From Balanoglossus misakiensis (Eukaryota; Animalia; Hemichordata), in the NCBI GenBank assembly GCA_040954595.2, contig CM082581.2, positions 11,592,286 through 11,656,285 on the forward strand: a DNA stretch of 64,000 nt, given 5' to 3'. Positions 1 to 13,712 of the stretch are shown here, piece by piece. Under the pieces are notes generated by a model. It worked only from the letters and a program-made list of their open reading frames with translations. It made no database searches and was not told the origin of the DNA. The translations under genes and the position numbers were made by a program. How positions within the stretch are numbered: the stretch's first letter is position 1; the number at the start of each line of letters is the position of its first letter.

Positions 1-983
1 CCCTGCGAATGTCTGTCATTTTGCATTCCTTCAGATCGGCTTAAAGTGAATTCCTTAGGTGTAACAGCTGCTGCCTATTTCTGGAATATACATCAGGATG
101 ATGTACATTATATATGCTGCAATGTGTATACATGTACCTCCCAGGCCTATCCGTTTTAAGTTTAAGAGACTTTAACTAAGTACCTGGCTGTTAATAAAGA
201 AATGGGGGTAACTAAGATCTAACCTATCAGATCAGAAAATAGGAAAGGAAATCTTGAAAAGCATTATGCAATAATACTAAATTTCAGTAATTACAACTTT
301 CCTGAAGTCATTTTTCAACCGTTTAATGTTGTATTTGTAGTTTAAGTAGCTCTCCTTGGCCTTATCTTAACTATGACCCTTCCAGGCTTTCGGTGTCAAT
401 TTTTATGGTTGTTGTAATCCATCAACTGGTTTCTATGGGCAAGTTGTGGTTTTTGTGGCAGGGTTCTTCAACTGGATTTAATTAGCCAAGTTGTGGCTGG
501 TTTCGGGAGGCCAGTCATTGGGTGGTATCTCCACGGTGATGACATTTAGATGTCAGTGGATAGTCAACTTTTACTGCAAGTATTGGACATTTGAAACCAT
601 GTTATACAGAAGAATGAAAATCATTCACCTCTAGTGACAGAGTCGACCTTTCAACAGTTGCAACAAATGAAATGATTGTTTTCCAGGATGTTGTCGTTAG
701 CAACCAGAAACACGGAGAGACAAATCTAAATCTCCCCCTGCTATATCCTCTGCAAAATCAAATTTTTCACTAACAGTCTCAACATCAGGCGTCTGAAGAT
801 TATCTTTGTGTCTATACTGCAGCTGTGTTTGCAATTTGTAGAATAATATAATAAGAGAACTACCAAGCAAATTGTTAGTTTTGACTGGAAAAATTGTATG
901 CACATTGGGGACAGATTGTCTGAAAGATTGTAGGCCTCTAAACCTCTCAGTTCATCATTTTATCTGATTGAATATGTTTGCAG

Positions 984-3900
984 GAGCAAGAATCACAGAT
1001 TGCATTGCTGAGGCATACTATGGAGAAAAATGAGCAAATCATCTTCAAAGTTTACGAGGAGAAACAGCAGAATTGGGATGATGAGATGGAAGAAATGCGG
1101 GAAGATTTGAAAGAAGCTGAAGATAAGATGTATAACATGGAGCAGAGTCTCAGAAGACAGGTACTCTCAAATATTTATTTATGCATGTATGTATATGTGT
1201 ATACGATGTATACGGTTCGACTGATCCCATACAAAGTTCTCGATACTAGTGGAGCAGAATATGAAGTAAGGGTAGCTGGAGAAACGATAGGCGGTATAAT
1301 CTCTACAATATTGTTTCGCGCGTCACTGGACTCACTTGTCAGTCTCCTGATGAGTGAGTCCAGTGACTCATGAAACAAGAAGATATACCACCAACCATTT
1401 CTCCAGCTACCCTAACTTTATGTATATGTGTATGTATGCATGTTTCTACACACACTGTATACACGTACATACACACGTCACCAAACAACAAACAAACTGT
1501 ACGTCCTCTGGTATTCACTTAAATCCTGCAACATGTATCTTTTAAATATGGTTAAATTCAGCTTTCTAAGAAATCAAAACTTGAGAAATTGTCGTGTAGA
1601 TAAATATCTTCTCACGTTAAATTAGTGAAGGTTTGTTGACCTGTAATGTACTCAGGGTGTACTCAGTGTGGGGTGGGTCTTTAAATTCTTCTATAGTATT
1701 TCACACTGTCATGTCAAAATTCACTTTACAAAGAATACTTTCCAGTAGCAATGTGCTGCAAATATTTCTTCGCAATATTCTTCTGTTTATGGATTTTGTT
1801 ATTTAAACCAAATTCAACAAAACAAACAACCAACCAAGAAAATGGCATTTTCTTCCTGTTTATTGAGATTTTGGCAGAATTCCACCGTGAATTCCAGTAT
1901 TCATGAAGCTTGGGTGGCATCTACATTCATTCTCTTATTGGAACAATGGTCATACTAACAAGTCAATTGTAGGCTATTCATAAACTTGGTGGGATACGAA
2001 ATTTGACATAAACATGGTGCGGTATAGTAATAGCTATGCTTGTTTTGTCTTGACTTTTATGTTCTTAGTCCCATTGTAGTTGTGATGTAGTGTTTCAGAT
2101 CTTGGCATTCTGTCTTGGGTTTAATAGTACTGACTGGTATCAGTGTCAGAAGGATCTCTGCAAATGTCACAGTTGAGCAAGGGTTCTCAATGTGTATGCT
2201 TCGTATCTCGAACGTACACTCTAGACTTTCTACGTCATTGTGCATGGCTACTGAATCATTCTTTGGCATAAATCCAAGTCAAAGCAGAAACTCCTTTTCT
2301 GATCAAACAGGAGCATGCATTTATGGTTCATTAACCCTTCCACCACCATGGTTTGGTCCAAATCCATTGTTTTATATGGTAACGTTGGACCTGTAAAGTG
2401 GGAAACGGGGGTGAAAAGGTTAAAGCAAGATATGATGAGAGGGAAAGAAAAGTTTCCTATTCAGCTGTGGTGTCTGATCATTGAAGTTCGGACTGAGGAG
2501 GTTATAGAGTCAGTAGTGGACATTGATCTCACTTTCTTCTGTCAAACTACTTTCCCGCGTCCACATTCCATGCATTCCAATCTGTTTGTCAAGCTTGCCC
2601 TGGAATGGGTCGTCCACATCCGGTTTGTAGGACAAGCAATACTGCATACTACATGTACAAAAAAACTTGCAATATAATGGAACATTTATTTTGAATCTTT
2701 TTTGATTCTGTCTCTTGCACAGCTGTATCAACTAGAACAAGACAAGAAAAGATTACAGAAGGAATTGGAGAAGATGAAAGGAGAAAAAGAAATGATGCAG
2801 AGAAAGATAGAATGTCAGAAAGATGAACAGACAAGTTATGTTTGTCAGACAGAAGAAGCAAAGTGGCAACTCTGTCAGAAATCTGGTGAAATCTCTCTTC
2901 TGAAATCACAACTGAAGGAAAGCAAAGGAGAACTGGGACAGAAGATGAATGAGATAGTGACAATGAAATCTCAAATCAAAGATATCAAAACAGCGGTTAC
3001 AGCAAAGGAAAATGAGTTGGAAATGTTGAAAGACCGGCTTTCTGAGAAGGACAGTCAGCTGAGTCAAAGAGGAACAGAAATCAGCACGCTAGAGAAGCGA
3101 TTCAAGCGAGAAAGCAAGCAGGAAATATCCAACATAAGTCTTGAAATCGAACAGTTGAAAATGAAATTGTGCCAAAAGGAAAATGAACTGAGCGCTGAGA
3201 AATTTGAAGTCTTGCAGTTGCAGGAAATGAACGAAGAGTCGGACAAGAAACTGAAAGGCAAAGAGGAAGAACTTGCATCACTGCATGAAACACTCTCTCA
3301 TAAAGACCATGAACTGAGTCAGGAAAAATGCGAGGTGTCGTATCTTCAAGAAGTTCAAGAGAAGCTGAGCCAACAAATCCTGGAAAAGAACAGCCAAATT
3401 GTCACTCTTCAGGATCACCTGAAACAGATGAGTGGAAATCACCACGAGATAATTGCACTCCAGGAAAAATTGTATCAGAAAGAAAGAGAACTGACGGCTT
3501 GTGAGGAGCGACTGGGACACATCCAAAGCGACAAAGACGGTGAAATTACAACTCTACATCGCAGACTCAGCCAAAAGGAATGCGAGATATCAGCTTTACA
3601 GACAAAACTCAATCAGACGGACAGAGAGAAGTCAACTCTTCACACAAAAGTCGCTCGCTTGAAGGAGAGCAGCAGTCAAAACGACACACAGAAACAACTG
3701 GAACAGGATTTCACAAGATTACAAGTACAGGTGACGAAACAGGAACGACTTCTACTGGAACAAAACAGTGAAATGAGTCTGCTGAAACTCAAGCATGACA
3801 ATGAACTGAAAGGTTTGAAGGCCAGTTTGTTACAGCACGAGAAAGATGGGATGATGTGGCAGGAAAAGTTGGTGCAAAAAGATGGAGAAACCAGGAATAT

Positions 3901-4498
3901 CTGGGAGAAATTGACATCCAGAGAAACAGAGCTGGCAGAGTTAGTTAGAAAGATAAAGCAGTACGAAGAACATGAACTTGATGTTCAGAGCCAAAATGTA
4001 TCCCTTGCACAAGAGGTATCAGATCTAAAAGAAGGACTAGAAACACTTCAAAATGAGAAAGTGTCTCTAGAAATGCACCTCAGAAATGCTCGATCTGAAA
4101 ATGTTAACCTTCAGCATAAATTTGATAAGGTCACCAATGAGGTACGTAGCCTCAAGAACCAATTAGATGCCTCGTTACATAATGGCTTCATCGGCCAGTC
4201 AGATGACTTGAATGAACAAACGAACAGTGTAGTTGTTGACAACTTGAAGTTTGAGGTCCACAGACTGAAAACAGAATTGAAGAAATCACAGGATTCTCTA
4301 GATGAACAACAAAGTGCCTTTGTAAAAGAAAGAGTAGTATGGCAAAGTGAGAAAGAGAAGGTGATCAGTTATCAAAAACAGTTACAACTCAATTACATTC
4401 AGATGTTCCGTAAAAATAAAAACCTTGAGAAGGAAGTACAGCATTTGAGTGTTGAACTTGAACGTAGAGATATGAATGAGTTTGTGGATCATGTTTAG
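984..4498 (+). CDS. LZTS: Leucine zipper putative tumor suppressor (LZTS/Fez1 family) coiled-coil protein, last two coding exons (984-1160, 2723-4498); 5' end lies outside the window
   Basis: Acceptor tttgcag|GAG at 983/984, donor CAG|gtact at 1160, acceptor cacag|CTG at 2722/2723, all phase 0. The protein carries the Fez1-domain motifs EEAKWQLCQKSGEISLLKSQLKE and ERVVWQSEKEKVISYQKQLQLNYIQMFRKN. Confidence 0.85.
1261..1421. mobile_element. Foldback (long inverted repeat) element in an LZTS intron, probable MITE
   Basis: Outer arms atgaagtaagggtagctggagaaa...tttctccagctaccctaactttat. Inner perfect 15-bp arms gtcactggactcact (1322-1336) and agtgagtccagtgac (1353-1367). (TATG)-like simple repeats lie on both sides. 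Confidence 0.6.
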
Positions 4499-5749
4499 CA
4501 TTCAACTAACAACCAGTACTGCCAAAGAACCTCTTTGAACTTAAACCTTAGTACATTTTTCACCATAATGCACTCTTCAAGCAAAATATAATTGGTGTAA
4601 GTTTTAACCTTTGACCTATTATGAATGCATGTACAAATTGTTTTTTATTGTAACAGGCTCTTGTATACATTAAAGCCTATGAGCTGCTACTTTCTGCATT
4701 ATTTTTATGATTTTACTGTCAGGCCTAGATTGGTCTACTCTGCTGTCTCAAATGCAGAGCCATGAAAATTTAGTGAAGTCAGTCATTGGAATAGATGACA
4801 TTTTCAAGAAGGGAATGTTTAACCAATCATTATACCAATGTCAAAATTACGAGGTTGTTGTCTTTTACAGAATTCTACACAGGGTTTATAGAGAGTAGAA
4901 AAATAATCCAGTATACAACTGACTTGTAGTCTTGGTTGTATAAGAGTGTGAAATTCCATCAACCTGTAAACATAATGTATGATTTGATTATTTCAGGAGG
5001 CAATGCTTAGGCCTGTAATTTTCACTCTCTAAATCTAAAGTTTGTCAGTCACAAATGAATAGTTTTCTTTTCCTCCAAAGCTGTGTTCCCAAACTAATGT
5101 TTCAAAAAGTTTTTCCGTCATTGATTGCCTCTGTTCCTGTCCATCACTGGATTAGTTTAGTGTAGGATTTTGTAGTTTTGTATCACATTGTTTTAAAAGG
5201 TTTATTTTTATAGTTCATTACAATACCTTAAAAGTATTTAAAAGTATTATAAAACCCTGTATGTTAGTGTTTATTGGATGTTAAAGAATTTTCCCAATTC
5301 TTCTTTTTTGTCCCACTATTTTGACAATTCAATATCAGTTTGCATATTTACAAAATGTATTTATTGTAAAAGAAGTGAGTCAAGTGTGCTCACTTCAATT
5401 TTGACAATCAACCTTTACAGGAAAAATAGTGTTCCTGCTTGTTTATTTTAGGTGCTGCCTGTGATTTTCCCAGTTTGATATTTTTGTACGGTTTTGTTCT
5501 TGATTATGATTATTCTACCACTACTGTTGTATTAAGAGATTTTTAGTGCCTGTCAACTTTGAAAAGTATTAATTCCTTGATTGTGGTCTGTTTCATGGTC
5601 AGATAATCATGATCTAGCCCTGAACTGAAGTCTTCCAATCACGTCATGCTTAATGTACTGGTATTTTCCAAATAGTGCTAGTAGTTGGCTAGTAGAGTTT
5701 CTCTTAGTTAATAAAATGTATCTTCACAATTTGTTCTGTTAAAAATTTT

Positions 5750-5842
5750 GTATGTATGCATGTACGTATATGTGTGTGTATGTATGTATGTATGTACATG
5801 TATGTATGTGTATATGTATGTGCAGTATATATATGTATGTCT
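5750..5842. repeat. (TATG)n/(TG)n microsatellite
   Basis: tgtatgtatgcatgtacgtatatgtgtgtgtatgtatgtatgtatg... is directly visible. Confidence 0.9.
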
Positions 5843-6710
5843 GTCCTGCCACTGCAAAAACTTCAGAAGTGCCTCAAGTATCACCCTGGTACCTTTCCGA
5901 TGTCTACTGTGGACAAACATACACATGTATGAACAAAAACATGACTCGACCTTCAAAAAGGTGTGCCCGGCTATTGTTAAGCCATTCATATGGTAATCAC
6001 CATTGCTACTACCTCTACCAGGATTTAATAGCAGCGAGTGTATTGCTTTCTGGATTTACCTTCGAATTCTCTATCTTTACATTCAGGTAGGGACGGACAT
6101 TTCTGATCTCTTATGGTAACTTGAGTAGATATCTTAATTTTAATGATATGTGCTCGACATGAACTTTCCTCAACCGATGCCCTTCGAATACTGCATTCCA
6201 ACATTGACGCTTGGGCAGGGTGGGGGTCGTTAATGAGAAGTGTTTGACGTGTCCTTACAATCAGTGCAATACGGCTACAAGTTGTATTGCACGACTAAAA
6301 GCGTTGCTAGAATCCCTTTTTAGGTTTCTGACAATTGATGACATGGGAAGAAGATTGTACCCTTCCCTTCCATTCCCCACCCTTCCCTGCCCTACTATCC
6401 CCACACCAGGTTTGGGCCGCTTATACTCCGGCAGGTGGTTTAAGATGGAGGTTCACCTTGTTACCTGCTCTGTTTTTTCAAGGCGTCGAAACATAAAAAT
6501 TCCCTGCATAATGCTATACACATTTCAGAAACTTTTCTTTGGTGTGTATGGAACATTCGATACTGGGGTTCATCATCACAGAACAATCTAAACGGCAGGG
6601 TTTATAGTGCTACCAATGGGGGCGTCAAGTCATAAAAGACCACTTTTAGGGGCATGCGACATCGGGTAACAGCTTAACATGTCAACTTTTTTTCATCCCG
6701 ACAGTTCACA

Positions 6711-7676
6711 ATGAAGAGTGTCTTCTTATTTCTGTGTGTGTGTTTAATTTTACCAGCCTTCAGTATGAGTGAAATCTTAAAGAGTAAGTATTAAAAATCA
6801 CACAATTTTTGACCATTTCCCCTGATTTATAAACCAGATTCGCTCATTGCTCTTGATCACTAGCATCCAGAATCTTCCATCAGAAATAACAAAACACAAC
6901 CTATCTTTCTCAAACATAGCCCTGCGTACAACTTTTGCTGGTGTCATTTTGTTTAATTACAAAATTTGTGTCTTTAAATGTGACCACTATCTCATGATAG
7001 CGATTCTAGTTAATACGCGTTAACCTTGTTCTGACCAGTAATAAGCTAGGATGATATATCCCTCATGACTTTCACAGCATGCGAACAATTTGAGAGGGAA
7101 GGTTTTGATGGTGGTAGTGCCCCATTCCGCTGCAAACGTTTCGTGGATCCATTTAGGGAATGTATCTATGCCGAGCATGTGTGTGACAGTATTGTTGACT
7201 GTGAGGATGGTTCTGATGAAGATCCAGCAGAATGTAAAGAAAAACATGAACGTAAGTATTCTGGACGAGTTCATAGCAACGTTATATCCCATCAATCAAA
7301 AGTAAAACATAAGAAGGATATTTGAACATAGTAATTGCAGAAAAGAAACAAAACAAGGAAATTTTCTAAATAGAAATTTACTTAGTATGTATGTATTTCT
7401 TTGGGTGTTTTTTATGCATTCTTCTCTCCCTTTACTTGTTTCTCTTTTACCAGTTTAGCCCTTCACTTTATTTTAACAGATTACTGCAGGGAAGGTGCGA
7501 AAGGAAAACCTTTCAACTTTAATCGTTGCCAGAGCGGAATGTGCTATGAAGAATGTCGTCGTTGTGATGGCATCAAAGACTGTTTTGATGGCTCAGATGA
7601 AATGGACTGTGTCAAAATTGTAGAGAAAAATTGCTCACACACGTACACCCATTTGAAGGGAGTTATCTTAGATTGA
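6711..7676 (+). CDS. Small secreted protein (~147 aa) with signal peptide and two LDL-receptor class A modules; exons 6711-6783, 7078-7251, 7480-7676
   Basis: Signal-like N-terminus MKSVFLFLCVCLILPAFS. Two phase-1 GT-AG introns join the exons in frame. LDL-A signatures CIYAEHVCDSIVDCEDGSDEDPAEC and CRRCDGIKDCFDGSDEMDC. Confidence 0.8.
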
Positions 7677-8073
7677 CATATATCACCAAGTCAAACTTAT
7701 TAATCAAAAAGCATGTGGTATTATGCATTTTTTTGTTGTGAATGATTTATAAAGTGTCTGCTTCTCACACAGTACTGTATCTACATTTTTTTATTCAATC
7801 TGAAAGAAGTCATGCTACCACATTATTAGGGTAAGAATAAAATTGGTTGAATTGTGTAAATTGGCTTTAAAGAATCCTAAACTTTCCTTTAACCACTGGA
7901 AAAGCATGACATTACGAAAGAAAATTAATTTACTACGGAAACCAAAAGACAAGAATTACTTTGAAGATAGTCTTTCGAACGTAATATCAGCCAAGGGTCA
8001 TACATGGCGCCCTCTAGAGCGCTAAATAAATGTACCTGGAAGGTCATGCTGGGTCAGCCGGCATTGCACGAAC

Positions 8074-9212
8074 ATGGCTTCCGGGTTGGCGAGGTTCATT
8101 GATGTTGGTAGAAAAATTGTGTGTGTTGGAAGAAACTACAGGTATAAACTTAAGTCATTTAAGTATTAATGATATTTTGCGTAGACGTTTATTTGGTCTA
8201 GCTCCTTGGTGGCGAGAGCGTCTGCTGGGAGTGTCTGGCACCGCCTCCATACTCCAGAAGAAAGGGGCGTGGCTCAGACATACCTGTGAGTGGGGCCCGG
8301 GCTTCATGTTGTTGATTTGCATGATTGAGGGCCTGTGACCATAGCCTGGACACTCTCACCATAGTAGTACCTAACATGATCACCAGGAAACTATTGTTTT
8401 CCTCACCATGTACTTGTACACTAAATCATTCTAAGAATGTGGCATTCTTTGCAACAACTGATCTACATCTACAGTGCTGGTCAAGTATATTTTTCCTCTT
8501 CCAGTGAGCATGCTGTTGAGCTAGGCAACAAAGTTCCAACAGAGCCTGTTATCTTTATAAAACCTACCTCATCTTATGTCACTGAAGGCAATCCAATTAA
8601 AGTAAGTGACCAGTATGATTTAATTGTCATGGTTGTAAATATTTCAGTGCCCAAAATCCACTAAGCTAAATGCCCACTTAATTTTAAAGTCTATTATTTA
8701 TTCTAATGGGATTTAACACACAGATTCCACATGGCAGTTCTAATCTTCATCATGAGGTTGAATTAGGCGTGGTCATTGGCAAACCAGGTTCCAACATTAC
8801 AGAATCCTCAGCCATGCAGCATGTGGGTGGCTACACCTTAGCGCTGGACATGACGGCCAGAGATATCCAAGACCAGATGAAGAAGAAAGGTCTACCATGG
8901 ACATTAGCCAAGGGATTTGACACTGCTTGTCCCATTGGTCCATTTATACCCATGGAAAAAATCCCTGATCCTCAAAATGTCGGACTGTGGTTGAAAGTGA
9001 ATGATGTCATGAGACAGAATGGAAATACAAAGGATATGATCTTTCAAGTCCCCTTTCTGATCAAGTTCATAAGTCAGTTCATGACCTTGGATGTTGGTGA
9101 TGTCATTCTCACTGGTACTCCCTCTGGTGTTGGACCAGTGACAGCTGGTGATGTCATAACATGTGGCCTAACTGATATCACTTCAATGTCCTTCACAGTT
9201 AAAAGTGACTGA
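8074..9212 (+). CDS. FAHD1: Fumarylacetoacetate hydrolase domain protein 1 (acylpyruvase/oxaloacetate decarboxylase); exons 8074-8141, 8505-8601, 8724-9212
   Basis: Spliced product reads KIVCVGRNYSEHAVELGN..EPVIFIKP..LHHEVELGVVIGK..LALDMTARDIQ..GLPWTLAKGFDT..GDVILTGTPSGVG. Introns are GT-AG and in frame. Confidence 0.93.
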
Positions 9213-12200
9213 AATCATCTAGATTATTACAACATCCAAGCTGATATATTTTCCAATAGAATAGCAGTATTTTTCAATCACAAATTTACAAATTTATAGA
9301 TTCAAAATAAAAACACCAAATAAACACTTTTGAAGTTCATTTCAGAACAATTCACCTATGCTTTGTTATTTAAAGGTGCATGTATCTGTGCACTGTTGTT
9401 GGTGTAAGTCTGAGAGTTTAATATGACACATAGAAAGTCAACTATGGATTTAACGTCATGTGGAAGGAGTAGGTCACTTCAAGTGTCAAGTACATGTACC
9501 AACAAACTAAATATTTCCCCCAAAAGGACGCAGATAACCATAAAAGGACAACACTACATCACAAAAGCTCTGAGTGGTTTGTTATAATGGAACACTTCCT
9601 CGTTTGTAGTGTGTGTGTGTGTTGCTATTGTTTAATTTACAGGAATTTTAGGAACTCTTTTCCTGTGTTGGTGCACATGTATATTTCAGATGACCTTCAA
9701 TTTGAGTGCCATTTTATCAGTAAATTCATTTTATAATTCGTACAGACCGATCTACTTTCGGAATAGCAACATACAAAAGGTAACCCATCACCAATACCAA
9801 ATTACAATATCTCCATACTCTGAGACGTCTTATATTTTCAGGGAATTGGACATAAAATGTGACTAACAGGTGCGGAAGAATACATTACTATGGAATCCAG
9901 TAACTAGGCCGGCGTTCTACTACGCGCGTTACCTTTGACCCATACTGCACTTCCGGAATTACGCTGTGCGCCGCGCCACCCTTGACCCCTAGTAACCCCA
10001 GCCAGCATCACGGTGCGCGTGCAGTGACTTCTATCAGTGAACTTAAAGTTCACTGGCCCTTGTATATTTCAATTGTCTGCTTTATCTGTTATTTTCAAAC
10101 TGAATTCATTGGAAATTTTGATCGATTATATACAGAAATTGTGAGCAAAATAACTCTTTTTGATATGCCGCGTCGGTTCTACTTTTTGGCGGCTAGCCGA
10201 CATGACATTGTCAAAGGAGTAAACCGCCAACTTGTGTATTCTTGCGCTTGTACAGATCGCCAGTACCTCCGCAAAATAAATGTCATTTTAAAGAAAAGTT
10301 GATTGTTGCAAAACAATATTTAAAAAATATGTGCTGCTGGCAACAAAAATGTCAAGTGCCAACAAAAATGGCACTTGACACTTCTCATGACCTCATCATA
10401 AACCTCAAATTGGCCTTTTCACCACTCGAATTAGTAGACTAAGCACCAGAAGAAAAGTTCTCTAAACGCAATTGCAAAATCTATTTTTAATATGAATGAT
10501 TTTTCTTCAGGCTAAAACTTAACATTCAAATTCAATTAAGTTTATGTCAAGCACGGTGACAATGTGATTTTATCGTTTAAGATAATTTCGTTCGTGCAAA
10601 ACTTTATGCTGACTTTAAAGATACGCAACTTTGATGTGTCGGATTTTTTGTATGTTGGGGCTTACTTTTCACCAACACAACCACAACGACGCGATCACAA
10701 ATATGAACACGCTCACTCCAATCATGCTCGGGCTATGTTTCTGAAATGACATGTTTTATCAGGGGTCTATGGTGTTATTTTGGCAAATTATGGTACATAG
10801 ATATGGTGCGTGTCTACGTCTAAAAGTAACAAAACGTTGCATAGACGTAGTTACATTGTTTTCGTACGAACACATGAGAATTTATAACATGCAATACCTG
10901 ACTTTCATTGCACCCTTGTCCATGAAAATTGACAAATAATAAGTATCGCTAGAAAAGTTTTAATTCAACTAAAAATTGAATCAGTTACATATCGAAACCT
11001 CTCCAGTATTTAAGTTATGAGCGCCCTCAACCGCATACACAGTTGATTGATTTAGATATCACAAAGTAACTTAATGATGTTGTGGTTTTAACTGCTATGA
11101 ACAATCTACACTAGTTATCTTGCTTACGAGGAATCACTTCTATTTCATAAATTTTGGACTGACGCATTACTTCCTTGGTCAGGTACAGACAAATAACGTC
11201 TTTGGTTTTGTAACATCCGGGACTTTCGTGGAAAGGGCACCGGAATATGGCGACGTTGTGTATGTATGGAGGTCTCGTAGGTCAACGGAGAGGCGGCCCG
11301 TTGTAGAACTATAACACACGTACAGGTATGTATTGTATGAACAACTTTCGGATGGGGATGTCGTCGGTTAGCTCGCTGAGTGTACTGGTAGTACCTGGCC
11401 CTTGCTTTTCTATATGCACCAGCGTTGCAACGTAGCGCACTCAGCGTTGTATTGGCAGTCGCAACATAAACACACGCATCCCCAGCCGTGATACATTTAA
11501 ATGTACGTCGATGCCGCCTGATCGTTTCGATAATCCTTGCTATTTGTGGTCTTGCTGAGTGGAAAGGCCGTACTAGTAATTTCACTTTAAATATACTCTG
11601 CAACCATACATTTGACAAATGTTGAGGTGGTCTTACGAACGAAATTTCAAGTTCGTGAAGTGCTAATGTAGTTCGGGCATTGCCTTAGTATAAAGGCGCG
11701 GAAGGTCTGCTATGCAAATAAGGCGAAATGTGACACACTCAAGTGTTACATAAACTTCATTTCGTGAAATGAATGAGTTCGAATTCAAAATTTTAGAAGG
11801 TTATTTAATGACTTGACTTAAAGTGATAAAAATAACACACCAGCTTCATTTTCTCTATAATACAAAATACCATGTTGGTGTACTTCAGCAGAACTGTCAC
11901 ATGTTGTCACCACCATACTGGACCACTATATGAGTAAATTTCAACATACTAGATATGGAAAATAGTCCTTGACATATATATATTTATGTAGGAAAATAAT
12001 TTGAAACAGGAAATGTAAGTGGATATGTAGCAATAATAATTGTGAATGCATTAATATTTTGGGGTAATATGCCAGGGATGCTGCTGGGTAATTTGCATAA
12101 TTTATTCACACTGTGAGCCCCAGGGGTCAGACACCGCACACTCTATACGCCTTCACCTTAGGCATCAGTTCTCGGCTCCAAGTTCTTGTTTGTGAAACGT

Positions 12201-13712
12201 GATATGACCCTCTTTTTAACTTGAAGTAATTTAATTCCATGTTGCCCCCAAACCATGTCACTTACATAGACACTTTATAACAGGGACAATTCTTTTGTGT
12301 CATGAAACACATTCCACATTTTCGTTGAAATTTTGTGTAACCAGAAGCGACGTATTTCCTTGTTATTATAATTGTATACTATAAATGTATGGGTAAATTT
12401 GACAGTGCAAATACAATATTTTGGGGCTCACACCTGTCCCCAAAATATATCATTCTTTTTCATCTTTAGACTCTGGTCATGTGTGTGCTCTGTGAAGATA
12501 ATACGCATAATAAACTTGCTTTTGTGCAGATTGCTCCATGTGACGGTACTGTCGGTCCAAAGTCTAATCCTGTAGAATACAAGTGTATCATAGAAATTTT
12601 TTTATATCAAAAGGTAGTTATGATGACATGGTTTAAAAATGACATATAAAATTTGGAAATGGGTATATAGTTGAGTATACTAATATCATCTAAAGAGTGA
12701 TATCGCAAATTCAATAGCTTTTACAGTACATGTATAAAAATAGTTATTTGTGGTATTTGAACTGAATATTTACTGTATCAATTCATGCAGAAAAGGTGAC
12801 TGCACAAAACCAATAAAACCCTATGATCCCAACTCTAAAATAGGTACCTACAAATTGATATTTGAAAAAGACATATAATACCAGGGTTCTGAAAATGTTC
12901 GATTTTGCTCCTGCTGGTCCTGGATAAAAATTCAGTGGTCATTCATTATATGTAAACATTTGTGAAAAGAATTTAAACATCATTATGAGTATTTAATTAC
13001 TTACTAAATTCTGAAATAAGCATTATGTCATGTACACATATCTCAGATAATTTGATTGCTCACAATTACTGTTGATTGCTTACTTAGTAATTTAGTGTTC
13101 AGAATCTGCATTTTAAAAATATCAAAATTTAGGATTGCAGGGGTCTTGAACTCGTGACAACCACATTTTCAGGCCACAAATGCAAACACCATACTATGGC
13201 TTGAAATTGAATGGGAGTAAAACGCATAAGATTTCTTTAGTGTGACTTGTTATGAAAACCAAAATGAGGAAAAAAATTATCACAGTTACTGGTTATTAAA
13301 AAGACAGTGGCCAGTAATATTACCAGGGTCCCCCAGTCATTTTACCTTTGTTCCCCATGGTGGCATACATGTATACAATGAAATATTATTTATGGTAGTA
13401 ACAAATATATTACCGGGGTTCAAAAAGCGTAATTAATATTCCCCAACCATTGCTTGAATGTTGGATAGGAGTTTAACGATGTATTGAGCTTGCCTATGGA
13501 TACAGGGGCATGCTTCCATTTATATCTGTAGTGTAAGATTTCATTATATTCTCTATTTGAATACAAATAACAAGACATCTTTTTTCTTTATTTCATAGGA
13601 ATCAGAGTGTTCATATTCGCAACTGCGTCAGCCGGTGTTAATTCTTGTTGTTTACTTGAAGCCTGTTTCATCCAAACCATCACATGGTAAATTGTAAGAC
13701 TGAATTACCATA

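Noticed and set aside
5708-6090. ORFs rich in MYVC/HTYI
   Set aside because: Translations of the (TATG)n microsatellite and adjacent likely repetitive DNA.
11695-11725. GGAAGGTCTG resembling the RNase P RNA CR-I motif
   Set aside because: No matching CR-V partner (ACnnAAnTCAGACT) downstream.
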